This document shows, piece after piece, positions 1-10,677 of a stretch of DNA of 64,000 bases. Each line of letters starts with the position of its first letter. Positions within the stretch are counted from its first letter, which is position 1. The stretch spans positions 1,696,001 through 1,760,000 of the forward strand of contig CAWJMB010000002.1 in the NCBI GenBank assembly GCA_963843845.1, given 5' to 3'. Below the pieces are notes generated by a model. It was not told the DNA's origin, did not search any database, and saw only the letters and a list, made by a program, of their open reading frames with translations. The position numbers were made by a program, and so were the translations under genes. This DNA is from an uncultured Gemmatimonadaceae bacterium (GTDB taxonomy: Bacteria; Gemmatimonadota; Gemmatimonadetes; Gemmatimonadales; Gemmatimonadaceae).

Positions 1-3000
1 AGCGACGAGACGCCCGGATCCTGCATGGTCACGCCGTACACGGCGTCCGCCGCCTCGGTGGTCGTGCGCGGGTTGTGCGTGATGATGATGAACTGGGTTC
101 TCGCCTTGAACTGGTTCACCATCCGCACGAAGCGCCCGACGTTCTGATCGTCGAGCGGCGCGTCGACCTCGTCGAGGAGGCAGAACGGGCTCGGCTTCGT
201 GAGGAAGATTCCGAACAGCAGGGACAGCGCGACGAGGGCGCGCTCGCCACTCGAGAGCAGGTGGATGCGCTGCGTGCGCTTGCCGCGCGGGCTCGCGTGC
301 ACCTCGATGTCGCAGTCCAGCGGGCGCTGGGGATCCTCGAGCCGCAGGTCGCACTCGCCACCGCCGAAGAGCGTGACGAAGATCTGCCGGAAGTTCTCGC
401 GGACCTGCGCGAACGTCGCGAGGAACAGTTCGCGCGCCGTCGAGTCGATCTCGCGGATCGCCTGCTGCAACGAGTTCCGCGCCTGCACGAGGTCGTCGCG
501 CTGCGCCGAGAGGAACTCGAAGCGGCGCATCTCTTCCTCGTGCTCCTCGATCGCCAGCGGGTTCACGACGCCGAGCTGCTCGAGCTGACGGTGCAGCTCC
601 TCTGCTTCGGCCCGGAGCGTCGTCGCCTCGACGTCGACCGCGGTGAACGACGTCAGCAGCTCATCGAGCGGACGGCGCCACTCGGCTTCGAGTCGCTCGC
701 GCAACGCGTCGCGCCGGCCGGCGAGGTGCGTGTGCCGCAGCGCGGCCGTGTGCAGCTCGTCGGCGATCGCCGTGTGCGCGCGCCGCACCTCGTCCACCGC
801 GCGCTCGACCGCCGCGAGCGACTCGTTCGCCTCGGCCACGTCGCGCTCGGCGGCTTCGAGCCGCGCGTCGACATCGGCGAGGGCCTGCTCCTTCGACTGG
901 AGATCGAGCTGCCCGGCGATCAGCTGATCGGAGAGGACCGAGTCGGCTGCCGACAGGGTGCTCAGCTCGCGTTGCAGCGCGTCGAGGCGCTGCGCGGCCG
1001 TCGTCAGCTCCTGCGCGAGCCGCCGCTCGCGGTCGTTCGCGACCTGCATGCGGGCCTGCGTCTGCGCCTGCTCGACCTGCCAGACCGTACGCTCCTCGCG
1101 TGCCGTCTCGAGCGACTGCTCTCCGTGGGTCAGGCGCTCGCGTGCCTGCCTCGCGTCGGCCTCACGCGCGTCGGCTTCGTCGAGCGCACTCTTCGCCTGC
1201 GCCTCGATCGCGCCGACGCGGGATGCCAGCTCCTCGCCACGCTGTGTGAGGCGATCCGCGAGCTGCTGCGCGTCGCCCAACTCGCGTGCGGCGCGAGCGC
1301 GACGGCGCTCGAGCTCCGCGCGCTGATCGTCGGCGCGCCGAGCTTCCTGTTGCGCGGCTGTCGTCGCCTCCGAGCCTGCCGTCTGCACACGCTCCGCGTC
1401 CAGGACCGCCGACCGCGCCGCCTCGAGCCCGGCGAGCGCCTCCGCGCGGCGTGCGTCGCACTGCTGCAGCTCCGCACGCAGCTCCGCGATCTCGGCGCGG
1501 CGGCGGAGCGACCCCGCGCCAGTCGTCTGCCCGGGCAGCGTCATCGCGCCGCGGGCGTCGACGAACGCGTCGCCGACGCCCAACACTTCCACGCCTCCGA
1601 GCAGCGCGCGCACCCACGCGTCGGCGGCGGGCGACGCGGCGACCTGGGCGGCGAGACCGCCGTCGGGCGCGCCCGGCAGCGCGTCGGCCGGCAGGAGCAT
1701 CAGCGGACCGACGCTCGCCGCGCCGTGCCACTCGCGGACGGCCTCCGCGGCCGTACGATCACGCACGACGACCGCGTGCACCGTCGCGCCCAGGAAGCGC
1801 TCGACGAGCGCGGCGCTCGCCGCGTCGGCCGTGATGAAGTCGGAGAGCGGACCGAGCACCGCGCCGTCGCCGAGCTTCGCGCGCTCCTTGAGCAGACGCG
1901 CCGCGGCCGGTGCGAGACCGACACGGTCGCGCTCGAGCGCCTCGAGTCCGTTCACCTTGCCGTGCAGGGACGCACGCGACTCGTCGGCCCTGGCGACCAC
2001 CGTGCGCGCGGTGGCTTCGTGCTCTCGCGCCGCGCGGAGGGCCTGCCGCGCGACCTCGAGCGCGGCCTGCGCTTCGGCCGCGGCGGCGCGGGCGATCGTC
2101 GCACTCTCGGCCGCGGTCGCCAGCTCGCGCTCGGCGGCGGCATGGTGCTCGGCGAGCTGCGTCAGCTCGTCGTCGAGCGTCTCGCGCCGCCGCAGGACTT
2201 CGGCGTGCTCGCGGCGACCGGCGTCGCGGTCGATCTCGAGCCGCCGCGCGCGCTCGCGCAGATCACGCGCCGACCGCTCGGCCTGCTCGACCGTCTGACG
2301 CGCGGCGGCGACGACGCGACGCGCCTCGTCCTCGAGTGCGGCCCGCTGCGCGAGCTCGTCGACCGCGACCCGGTACGCTTCCTCGCACTGCTGTCGCTCG
2401 GCGATCGCGCGCTCGCGCTCGGCGCTCATGCGCTCGCCTAACGCTTCACCCTCGCGGCGCTCCTCTTCGGCGCGCGATCGGCGCGACGTCGCATTGCGCT
2501 GCCGCTCGGCCGACACGGCGAGCTCGCCGCGGAGCGTGAGGACGACCTGCCGCTGCGCGCCCGCGATGCGGGCCAGCTCGTTGCGTGACGCCTCGGTCGC
2601 CGACCGACGGGCCTGCGCGCCTTCGCGCGCGCGCTCGGACTCGGCGAGTCGCGCTTCGGTCTGCGGGTGCTCGAGCTGCAGCTCGGCGAGTCGCACGTCG
2701 AGCCGACTCAGCTCGTCACGCCATTCGTCCATCTCGCGCGCCGCGAGTGTCAGCTCCACGTCGAAGCGGCGCGTCGTCAGCTCCGTGTGGCGCTCGGCCC
2801 GACGGCGCTGCCGCGCGAGCGAGCGAACCTGCTGTCCGACCTCGTTGATCAGGTCGTCGAGGCGCGACAGGTCGACCGTCGTCTCCTCGAGCCTGCGTTC
2901 GGCGCTGCGGCGGCGGTCGCGATAGAGACCGACGCCGGCCGCCTCTTCGAAGAGCTCGCGTCGCTCGTCCGGACGGTCGGACAGCAGCGCGTCGATCATG

Positions 3001-3431
3001 CGGCTCTCGATGACGACGCCGGAGTCGGCGCCGAGTCCGGTGCCGCGCACGAGATCCTGGATGTCGCGCAGGCGGCACGGCGCGCGGTTCAGGAAGTACT
3101 CGCTGTCGCCGGAGCGCGAGAGGCGCCTGGTGATGACGACTTCCTGAAACGGGACCGGGAGGGTGCCGTCGACGTTGTCGAAGTGCAGCGACACTTCGGC
3201 GACGTTCACCGGGCGTCGCGCGGACGAACCCTGGAAGATCACCTCGGTCATGCTGCCGCCGCGGAGCATGCGCGCGCGCTGCTCGCCCAGCACCCAGCGG
3301 ATGGCGTCGCTGACGTTCGACTTGCCGCAGCCGTTCGGCCCGACGATCGCCGTGGCGCCGTCGTCGAACACGAGGCTCGTGTGATCGGCGAACGACTTGA
3401 AGCCGTGCAGCTCCAGCTTGGTCAACCGCAC
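1..3431 (-). CDS. smc: Chromosome segregation protein SMC (3' end runs off the window)
   Basis: Manual translation from GTG at 3431: MRLTKLELHGFKSFAD...IVGPNGCGKSNVSDAIRWVLGEQ (Walker A). Long coiled coil follows. The C-terminal head has LLSSGERALVALSLLF...LLDEVDAPLD...QFIIITHN. One continuous frame. Confidence 0.97.
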   Translation of the reverse strand, partial: MRLTKLELHGFKSFADHTSLVFDDGATAIVGPNGCGKSNVSDAIRWVLGEQRARMLRGGSMTEVIFQGSSARRPVNVAEVSLHFDNVDGTLPVPFQEVVITRRLSRSGDSEYFLNRAPCRLRDIQDLVRGTGLGADSGVVIESRMIDALLSDRPDERRELFEEAAGVGLYRDRRRSAERRLEETTVDLSRLDDLINEVGQQVRSLARQRRRAERHTELTTRRFDVELTLAAREMDEWRDELSRLDVRLAELQLEHPQTEARLAESERAREGAQARRSATEASRNELARIAGAQRQVVLTLRGELAVSAERQRNATSRRSRAEEERREGEALGERMSAERERAIAERQQCEEAYRVAVDELAQRAALEDEARRVVAAARQTVEQAERSARDLRERARRLEIDRDAGRREHAEVLRRRETLDDELTQLAEHHAAAERELATAAESATIARAAAAEAQAALEVARQALRAAREHEATARTVVARADESRASLHGKVNGLEALERDRVGLAPAAARLLKERAKLGDGAVLGPLSDFITADAASAALVERFLGATVHAVVVRDRTAAEAVREWHGAASVGPLMLLPADALPGAPDGGLAAQVAASPAADAWVRALLGGVEVLGVGDAFVDARGAMTLPGQTTGAGSLRRRAEIAELRAELQQCDARRAEALAGLEAARSAVLDAERVQTAGSEATTAAQQEARRADDQRAELERRRARAARELGDAQQLADRLTQRGEELASRVGAIEAQAKSALDEADAREADARQARERLTHGEQSLETAREERTVWQVEQAQTQARMQVANDRERRLAQELTTAAQRLDALQRELSTLSAADSVLSDQLIAGQLDLQSKEQALADVDARLEAAERDVAEANESLAAVERAVDEVRRAHTAIADELHTAALRHTHLAGRRDALRERLEAEWRRPLDELLTSFTAVDVEATTLRAEAEELHRQLEQLGVVNPLAIEEHEEEMRRFEFLSAQRDDLVQARNSLQQAIREIDSTARELFLATFAQVRENFRQIFVTLFGGGECDLRLEDPQRPLDCDIEVHASPRGKRTQRIHLLSSGERALVALSLLFGIFLTKPSPFCLLDEVDAPLDDQNVGRFVRMVNQFKARTQFIIITHNPRTTTEAADAVYGVTMQDPGVSS

Positions 3432-4916
3432 TTACAAACTTCTCCCGGTTCGGTACACGAGCGTCGGTGTGATGCCGGCGGCCTGCAGGGCGCGCGCGAG
3501 CCACGCGGCCTGCTCGGGCTGCTCGAACGCGCCCGCGTAGAGCGCCGCGGTCCCGTCGCCGCGCGACAGGGCGTACACGGAGATGTGCTGCGTCGCGAGC
3601 GCCTCGACGCGCGGACGCACCTGCGCGAGTGGCAGGCGATCCTGTACGAGCAGCGCGTACGGCGTGCGCGCGACGACGCCGGACTCGCGTCCGAGCACGC
3701 CGCTGCGTCGCAGCCTGCCCAACAGCGAGTCCGCGCTGGCGCGGGCGGCGAACGCGCCGACCATGAGGCGATAGTCGGTCGCGCCGTCCTGCAGCACAGG
3801 CGTCAGCGCGACGACCGCGAGCGACGCCGACGTGCGCGCGTCGAGCGCGGTGAGCGCGCCCTCTGGCGTGTTGGACGCGGAGACGTAGGCAGAGTAGAGC
3901 AGTGCCGACGCGGAGTCGCCTGGGTTCGCGACGGAGAGTGCGGTGAGTGGCGCCGGCGTCGCGTTCGCGCGCGGCGTCGTGTCGGTCGTGCTGCGCGGCG
4001 TCTGGAGCGTCGAGGCGCCGGGGCCAGCCGAGTCGTCGCGCGCGGCGCGCGCGCGCGACGAATCCCCGAGGGCGCTGTCGGGACGTGACGTCATGACGTC
4101 ACCCAGCCGCGACGTGCTCCCGGGAAAGAGCCAGAAGATGAGCGCGCCGGCGATCAGGATCGAGAGGATCGCGATCGCGAGCCACCGGTGCCACGCCGGT
4201 CGCCGCGGAGCGTGCGCACCGTACGGCGCGGCAGCGGCGTCGGCCGCGTCCCCGGTCGCGACGCCGGTGCCGAAGCGCGGGGTCCGCGACCGGGGCGCGG
4301 CGCCTCGGTCGGCGCGTGGGGGGTCGGCGTCGCTCGTCCAGGGCGGCGTCGCGTCGGCGCGAGCACGGCGAGAGGCGGTGGGGCATCGGCCAGCGCGCCC
4401 TCCGCCTCGCCGACGATGATGCTGCCATCGACGGAAGCGACGAGGGCGTCGAGCCCCGGCGTGTCTGCCTGCGCGACGAGCAGCAGGAGTGCGCCGACCT
4501 CGCGAAAGCCGCTCGCGAGGCGACGCCACCTGTCGCTCGTGAAGACGTCTTCGGTGGCGACGGCCTCACTCCCACTCGGGAGGACGAACAGGTTCCCCGA
4601 TGCGTCGGCCGGGTGCGCGATGCGGTTGAGGGAGACGCCGTAGAGAAAGCTGTCCGAGATACCGTGTGGGTCGCCGTCGGGGTCGACGAGCGCCTGCAGT
4701 CGGCGCGAGCTCGCCGACGAGATCGGCGACGGCAACGCGCCGTGTCGCGGCCTGCGCCCGCGCGAGCCCCAGCGCGACCCACGCCGCGGCGTCCGCGTCG
4801 CGCCCGACGACGACCGCCGCGTGCACGGAGTCGAGCACGCCCGCCGCGCGCGTGCCTTCCGCGAGCCACGCCTCGCCGCTCCCCGCGGTGCCTGACGTCA
4901 CGTCGGGATCAGTCAC
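3432..4916 (-). CDS. Membrane protein: degenerate P-loop (BY-kinase/MinD-like) N-domain, TM helix, C-terminal SPOR-like domains (2 apparent frameshifts)
   Basis: Stitched from ORFs 4566..4916, 4154..4735 and 3432..4529. Has RRVAVADL, GNLFVLPSG and VDGSIIVG, then TM WLAIAILSILIAGALIFWLF, then SPOR-like YRLMVGAFAARASA and LYAGAFEQPEQA. Confidence 0.7.
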
Positions 4917-4946
4917 GTCTCGCGCATCCGTTGGTCGTACGTCCGC

Positions 4947-6464
4947 TCACGGCGCGCCCGCGTACAGCCAGTACGCGTGGCCCGAGGCCTTGCCGACGCG
5001 TTCGGCCTGCGCGCGCGTCGCGAACGGCCCGGCGACGACGCGGTAGAGCGTGCGTCCGTCGCGCACGGCGGGAACGATGCGCGCCGCGACCTTCTCCGGG
5101 AGCCTGAGCTTCGCGAGCGTGGCGCGGGCATCGCGCTCGGTGTTGGCCGCCGCGAACTGCACGGTGAAGCCGGCCGACGAGATCGTGGCCGCTTCGGCGA
5201 TCTCGATCCGAGGGCGGGCCGGACGCGACGGGGTCGTGTCGTGCGGCGGCGGCACGGTCGTGTCGACGGCGGCGGTGTCGGGCGGCACGGTCGTGTCGGC
5301 GGCGGCGGAGTCGGGAGGCGCCGTCGACTCGAAGCGGACCGGCCGGTCGAGTCCGGCGGCACGCGGGCGAAAGCCGTTCCACTGAACGACGTGCCACCAC
5401 TCACTCGCACCGCCGGCGATCGTGCGCGCGACCTTCATCGTCGCCCCGTCCACGATGACGGCGTCGTTCCCCACCGCGGTCAGCACGGCGCCGTCTGGAA
5501 GCACGAGCGGGAGATCGCCGCGCCACGCGCTGCGAATCGTCCCGACGACCGTGTTCGTGCTCACCGCCACGAGCCAGGCCGAGTCGCCCTGCGCAGCCCG
5601 CGCGATCACGTACCTGCCGACCGGATCGATGCGAAGATCGCTCGCCACGCCCGGCAGGTCGACCGTCCCCGAGACGCGATTGCTGTAGCGATCCAGCACG
5701 CCTAACGATTCCTCGCCCTCGAGCGACGCATAGAATCGATCGCCGCTCGGCGTCGCGGCGAGCGCGCGCACGGAGGCGTCGAACGTCACGTCGTCGAGCG
5801 CGTCGAGCGCCCGCGTCTGGACGCCGGCCAGCTCCGCGCCGTTCGCGAAGTAGACGCGCTCCGACGTCCGCGCGTCGACGACGTGACCGGCAGCGTCGAC
5901 GACGAGCGAATCCGACGCGCGCGTGCTCGGTGGACGGAAGCGCCACACGAGCCCGGTGGTGCCGCGCGCGGCCGCCACCACCACCGAGCCGTCGCGCTGC
6001 GGCACGATCTCCTGCACCGTGCCGCGCACGCGGACGCTCCACTCGCCACCGCTGGGCACGAGGCGCGTGACCGCGCCGTCGGGCTGCACGCCGAAGATGT
6101 CGACGCCGTCGAGCGACGCGAGCGAGGCGAGCGGCTTCGGGTTCGCGCGCCGAACCGTGCCGAGTCGAAGGTCGAGCCGGACGGGGGTGCCGTCATCGCT
6201 CACGGCGGCGAGTGACCCGCCCTCCGCGTCGAACGCGAGCGCGCGATCGAGGGCCGGTGCCGGCTCCTGCGACCGCCAGACCGTGGAATCGAGGGCCGGA
6301 TAGAGCGCCGCCGTGATGCGACCGCCGTCGCGTGGCGCGCGCAGCACCACGGCGTCGGGGCCTGTCCGGGCGGCGGACGTGCCGGGCTCGGCTGACGACG
6401 AGCGGCGGTCAGAGCCGCAGCCGGCCAGCGCGAAGAGCAGGGAGAGGAAGGCGAGCGGGCGCAC
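4947..6464 (-). CDS. Lipoprotein with beta-propeller-like region and C-terminal SPOR domain
   Basis: GTG at 6464, lipobox LAGC, YVTN-like blades (LAATPSGDRFY, LRIDPVGRYV), Pro/Thr linker, SPOR FTVQFAAA...LYRVVAGPFATRAQA. Confidence 0.8.
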   Translation of the reverse strand: MRPLAFLSLLFALAGCGSDRRSSSAEPGTSAARTGPDAVVLRAPRDGGRITAALYPALDSTVWRSQEPAPALDRALAFDAEGGSLAAVSDDGTPVRLDLRLGTVRRANPKPLASLASLDGVDIFGVQPDGAVTRLVPSGGEWSVRVRGTVQEIVPQRDGSVVVAAARGTTGLVWRFRPPSTRASDSLVVDAAGHVVDARTSERVYFANGAELAGVQTRALDALDDVTFDASVRALAATPSGDRFYASLEGEESLGVLDRYSNRVSGTVDLPGVASDLRIDPVGRYVIARAAQGDSAWLVAVSTNTVVGTIRSAWRGDLPLVLPDGAVLTAVGNDAVIVDGATMKVARTIAGGASEWWHVVQWNGFRPRAAGLDRPVRFESTAPPDSAAADTTVPPDTAAVDTTVPPPHDTTPSRPARPRIEIAEAATISSAGFTVQFAAANTERDARATLAKLRLPEKVAARIVPAVRDGRTLYRVVAGPFATRAQAERVGKASGHAYWLYAGAP

Positions 6465-6508
6465 GACGGAAGGTAATGGAGAAGCCCCGAGACCCGAGTC
6501 CCGGCGCG

Positions 6509-9500
6509 TCAGAACGACGGTCCCAGCGACCACGTCCCGAACGCTCGGCGGCTCGCCGCGTTCAGTGGCTTCGCGTAATCCCAGCGCAGCACGGCGAAGC
6601 CGAACAGGTTGAAGCGCACGCCGAAGCCGTAGCTGCGGAGCGGGAACCGCTGTCGGTTCTGGTCGTAGCCGTCGGGGCGGCTGCCGTAGACGCGCATTCC
6701 GCCGTCCCACGCGAGGCCCGCGTCGTAGAAGAACAGCGCGTCGACCGGCGGCAGCGCGATCGGCAGCAGGCCGAGGTCGAGCCGGCGCACGAGCGGGAAG
6801 CGGAGCTCCGCGTTCGCGAACGCCACGCGGCTGCCGAACAGTTGGAGCGCACCGCACTGATCGCCGCTCGTCGACGGCGCGTTGTCGCCGCTGCAGAAGT
6901 AGGTGTCGTACGCCTGGCGGTCGTAGCCGCGCACGAAGTCCGGCGCGGCCGATGTACTTCCGGAACCGCGTCTCGTCGCGGCCCGCCGTCACGCTCGACG
7001 TGAAGCGCGTCGCGACCGTGAGCAAGTTGAAGAGGATCGGGTCGTAGCGCCGCGCATCGACGAGCAAGTCGAGCCACCGCCACGTGCCGATCGACGGCTC
7101 GAACTGCACGCGGTAGCGGTGGCCCATGAGCGGGCTCGTGTAGCCGAAGATCGCGTCGTCCGAGACGTAGGCGAGCGTCGGCGCCACGTTCCATGCGGTG
7201 CCGAGCTTCTCCCCCTTCCCGAGACGCCTGCCCCGTGATGTACCCCGCGTCGTCGACGTTCGACGTGACCGTCACCTGCGACTGCGCGATCGCCGATGCG
7301 CGCACGCCGAACTCGACGCGGCGGAACCGGTCGAGCGGGTAGAACGCGGTGGCGAAGGCTTCGCGCTGCATGTAGCGCAGGTAGCGATCCGCGATGACCG
7401 GACGCTGCGCGGTGTCGAGCATCTGCACGCGGTCGCCGAGCAGGTAGTACGGCGTCTGCGCGATGCCGGTCTGGTACTGCACGCGCCGGCTCAGGTTCGC
7501 GTAGCTCACGAACGCCATGGCGTCGGCGATCCGTCCGTTGATCGCGGCCGAGACCGCGAGCTGCTGATTGCCTAGCAGGTCGCCGAGGACGATCGTCGTG
7601 CCGCCGTAGACGGTCTGCCCGAAGCTGTTCGCGCCGTAGCCGATCTGAGGCTGCGAGATGTATTCGGGTTGGAAGCCGGCGTCGTACGCGTACTCCTTGA
7701 AGCGCGTCGTGTCGGGCAGCGCCAGCGCGGCGCTGTCGAGCATCGCGGTGACGGTGAGCGGCGCGGCGCCCGAGGCCCCGGTGCCCAGTGCATCCGACGC
7801 GCGCAGCCCGGCGCCCGGCGCGCGATAGATCGAGCGGCCGGCGTCGGCGCTGTCCGCCGCGGTCGTGCGCTCGCGGCCGGCGACGAGCGTCGGGGTGCTG
7901 TCTCGGAACGCCGCGCTTTCGCAGCAGGCGCGGATGGCGGATCGACCAGATGTTGTTCGTGCCCTTCTCGTAGTACGCGAACGCGAGCACGTCGGTCTCG
8001 CGCGCCCACGTGATCGCCGGGCTGTACTCGGTGAGCGCGTTGACCGCGCCGAGCACGTTCGTGAGCTGATAGTGCTCGCGCGCGTCGAGATCGTAGAGAA
8101 AGAGGTTCGCGGTTCCGGTACGGTCGGAGACGTAGGCGATCGAGCGGCCGTCGGGCGCCCACTGCGGATTGACGTTGAGCCCGCCCTGCGCCGGCAGCTC
8201 GCGCACGCGTCCGGTCTCCATGTCGTAGAGGGCGATCGTCCACCGCGCGAGGCGCAGCACGTCGAAGTCGGTGCCGCGGTCGCTCGCGAAGGCGATCGTG
8301 CGCCCGTCCGGGCGACCACGACGGCTGCGCGTCGCCGTTGCGGTCGTTCGTGAGCTGACGGAACCCGCGTGCCGTCGGCGTCGACGAGGTACAGGTCGGT
8401 GATGCCGCCGTGGTTTCCGCTGACCACGAGCCGGCGCCCGTCCGGCGACCACGTCGGACTCGTCACGCCTTCGAGCGGCAGGTCGAAGCGCCGGACATTC
8501 TCGCGCGTCGCGACGTCGAGCAGGTACAGCACGTCCTTCCCCTTCGTCTGACCGACGTAGGCGAGCAGACGGCTGTCGGGGGAGAAGCTCGCCTGCGAGT
8601 AGAGCTGCCGGAGCTCTTCCGCGCCGGTGTTCGTCGTGCTCTCGACGAGCCGCTTGATGCGGCTTGCCCGGTCCGTGCGTCGGCGAGGTACAGGTCGGGG
8701 AACACCTCGCCGCGCAGCAGCGAGCCGTACGAGATGAACGCGATGTACTTCCCGTCGGGCGAGAGCGCCGGCGCGATGTAGAGGTCGGCGACGCCGCCGG
8801 TGCGTCCGCTGCGTGAGCAGCGGCTGTGCGAACTTCCGCGGCCGCTCGAGCTGCGCGACCGACGGCAGGAAGCGGTTCTGCACGGACTCGTGCCACTCGC
8901 TCGCTCAGCTCCTCGAGCGACATGCCGAGCTCCGCGCGGAACGCGCGCTCGACGCCGAGGCTCGGCACGGCGTTCATGATCTCGCCGACGACCTCGTCGC
9001 CCCAGCGGTCGCCGACGTACTGCCAGAGCGCGAAGCCGAAGCGGTACGGGAAGTACTTGTCCGGCTCCTGCGTCATCTGCCTGATCGTCGGCAGGCTTGC
9101 CGTTCACGGCGGCATCGCGCAGCCACGCGTCCGTCTGCGGGTGCGTCGTGGCCCAGCGACAGGAACTCGGCCATCCCCTCCATGAACCACGAGCGGAGGG
9201 TTCACCTGCGCGTACTGCTGGATGTTCGCGCCCGAGCGTCCCGCGCGCGAAGATGTCGTACTGGAACTGGTGCACCATCTCGTGCATCAGCACGTGCTCG
9301 AACGAGCGGTAGTCGCCGGTGAGCGGCTGCGCCATGCGCTGGCGCAGGATGTCGGTGACGCCGCCCGGTGCCCTCGCCGAGGTCGCCGAAGACGTTGCTC
9401 TGCGCGAAGTCGCCGCGCGACTGGAAGACGATGATCGGCTTCTTCTCGCGGAACTGGTGCTGCAGCAGGCGCGAGAGCCGCGCGTACGAGCGCTCCGCCA

Positions 9501-9702
9501 GCCGCGCCGCGTCGTGCGCTGCGATGCGCTCGACCGGGTAGTAGTGCACCAGGAAGTGCTCGGTCTCGATGACGCGCCAGTCGAGCCGGTCGTACTGCAC
9601 GAGGTTCTGTCCGAAGTACAACTGCGCCCGCGCCGGCACGGCGCACACCAGCGTCGCGACCGACAGCGCGAGCGCGATGACCGCTGCGACGCGCGCCCGC
9701 AT
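6509..9702 (-). CDS. Omp85/BamA-TamA family outer membrane protein with N-terminal HExxH metallopeptidase domain and PD40/TolB-like propeller (multiple frameshifts)
   Basis: Signal peptide then QLYFGQNLVQYD. HEMVH zinc motif. Repeats PALSPDGK, SFSPDSR, PTWSPDGR, PQWAPDGR. C-terminal FANAELRFP...FFYDAG...YGFGVRFNLFGFAVLRWDYA...SLGPSF. Confidence 0.82.
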
Positions 9703-9714
9703 CGGGTCAGCGCC

Positions 9715-10104
9715 TCATGGCGCCACGGCCGGCGCGCTCTGCGCCAGGTCGAGGGGGACGACGCGCGCGTCGCTCCACAGCCGCTCGAGCTGGTAGAACT
9801 GCCGCAGCGACGGGTGGAAGACGTGCACGACGAAGTCGAAGTAGTCGAGCAGCGCCCAGCGTCCTTGCGAGACGCCTTCCTCGTGTTGCACGCGCGTGCC
9901 CGACTTGCCGAGCTCCTCCATCACGTGCTGCGCGACGGCGCGCACGTGCGTGTCCGACGTCCCGCTCGCGATGACGAAGAAGTCCGCCATGTCGGTGACG
10001 CCTTTGAGGTCGAGCACGACGACGTCGTTGGCTTTGAGGTCGAGCGCCGCCTGTGCGGCGCGCCGTGCGGCGTCCGCGGCGGAGAGCGGCGAAGCGTGTG
10101 CCAT
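9715..10104 (-). CDS. rsfS: Ribosome silencing factor
   Basis: DLKANDVVVLDLKGVTDMADFFVIASGTSDTHVRAVA...WALLDYFDFVVHVF...FYQLERLW. Confidence 0.95.
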   Translation of the reverse strand: MAHASPLSAADAARRAAQAALDLKANDVVVLDLKGVTDMADFFVIASGTSDTHVRAVAQHVMEELGKSGTRVQHEEGVSQGRWALLDYFDFVVHVFHPSLRQFYQLERLWSDARVVPLDLAQSAPAVAP

Positions 10105-10206
10105 CTCGGATGGTCGAAGTGGGAACAAACCGGGTCGAGCCGGACGCTACCCAGCGTCCGGCTCGTTGTTCCGAAGCCAAAGTCGGGCCGCGCGCCATGG
10201 CGCGCG

Positions 10207-10653
10207 TTACTGCTTGATGACCCAGACCTTGATCTCGGGGCGTCACGTCCGCGTGCAGCTTGATCGGGACGCGATAGACGCCGAGCGCCTTGATGGGCTC
10301 GTGGAGGTCGATCTGACGCTTCTCGACGTGGTGTCCCTGCGCCTCGAGCTGCTCCGCGATGTCGCCCGACGTGACCGATCCGAACAACTTGCCTTCCTCG
10401 CCGACGCGCGCCGCGAACGTGATCGAGACTTCCTCGAGCTTCTTCGCGAACTCCTGCGCCGTCTCGCGCCGCTTGTTCTCGGCGGACTCGAGGCGGGCCT
10501 TCTCCTGGGCGATGCGGCTTCTTGTTTCCCTCGGTCGCCTCGAACGCGACGTCGCGCGGCAGCAGGTAGTTGCGCGCGTAGCCGTTGGAGACGGTCACGA
10601 CGTCGCCGGGATTGCCCAGCTTCTCGACCGCCTGCCGTAAGAATGACTTCCAC
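10207..10653 (-). CDS. rplI: 50S ribosomal protein L9 (frameshifted in assembly)
   Basis: MEVIL.., LGNPGDVVTVSNGYARNYLLP and LFGSVTSGDIAE...PIKALGVYRVPIKLH found across frames. Confidence 0.93.
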
Positions 10654-10677
10654 CGATACCTCCGGGGTAATCCGTAG

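Noticed and set aside
75..4088. Long + strand ORFs (788 aa, 473 aa) and similar antisense ORFs throughout
   Set aside because: Shadow ORFs opposite real genes such as smc, caused by high GC3 content.
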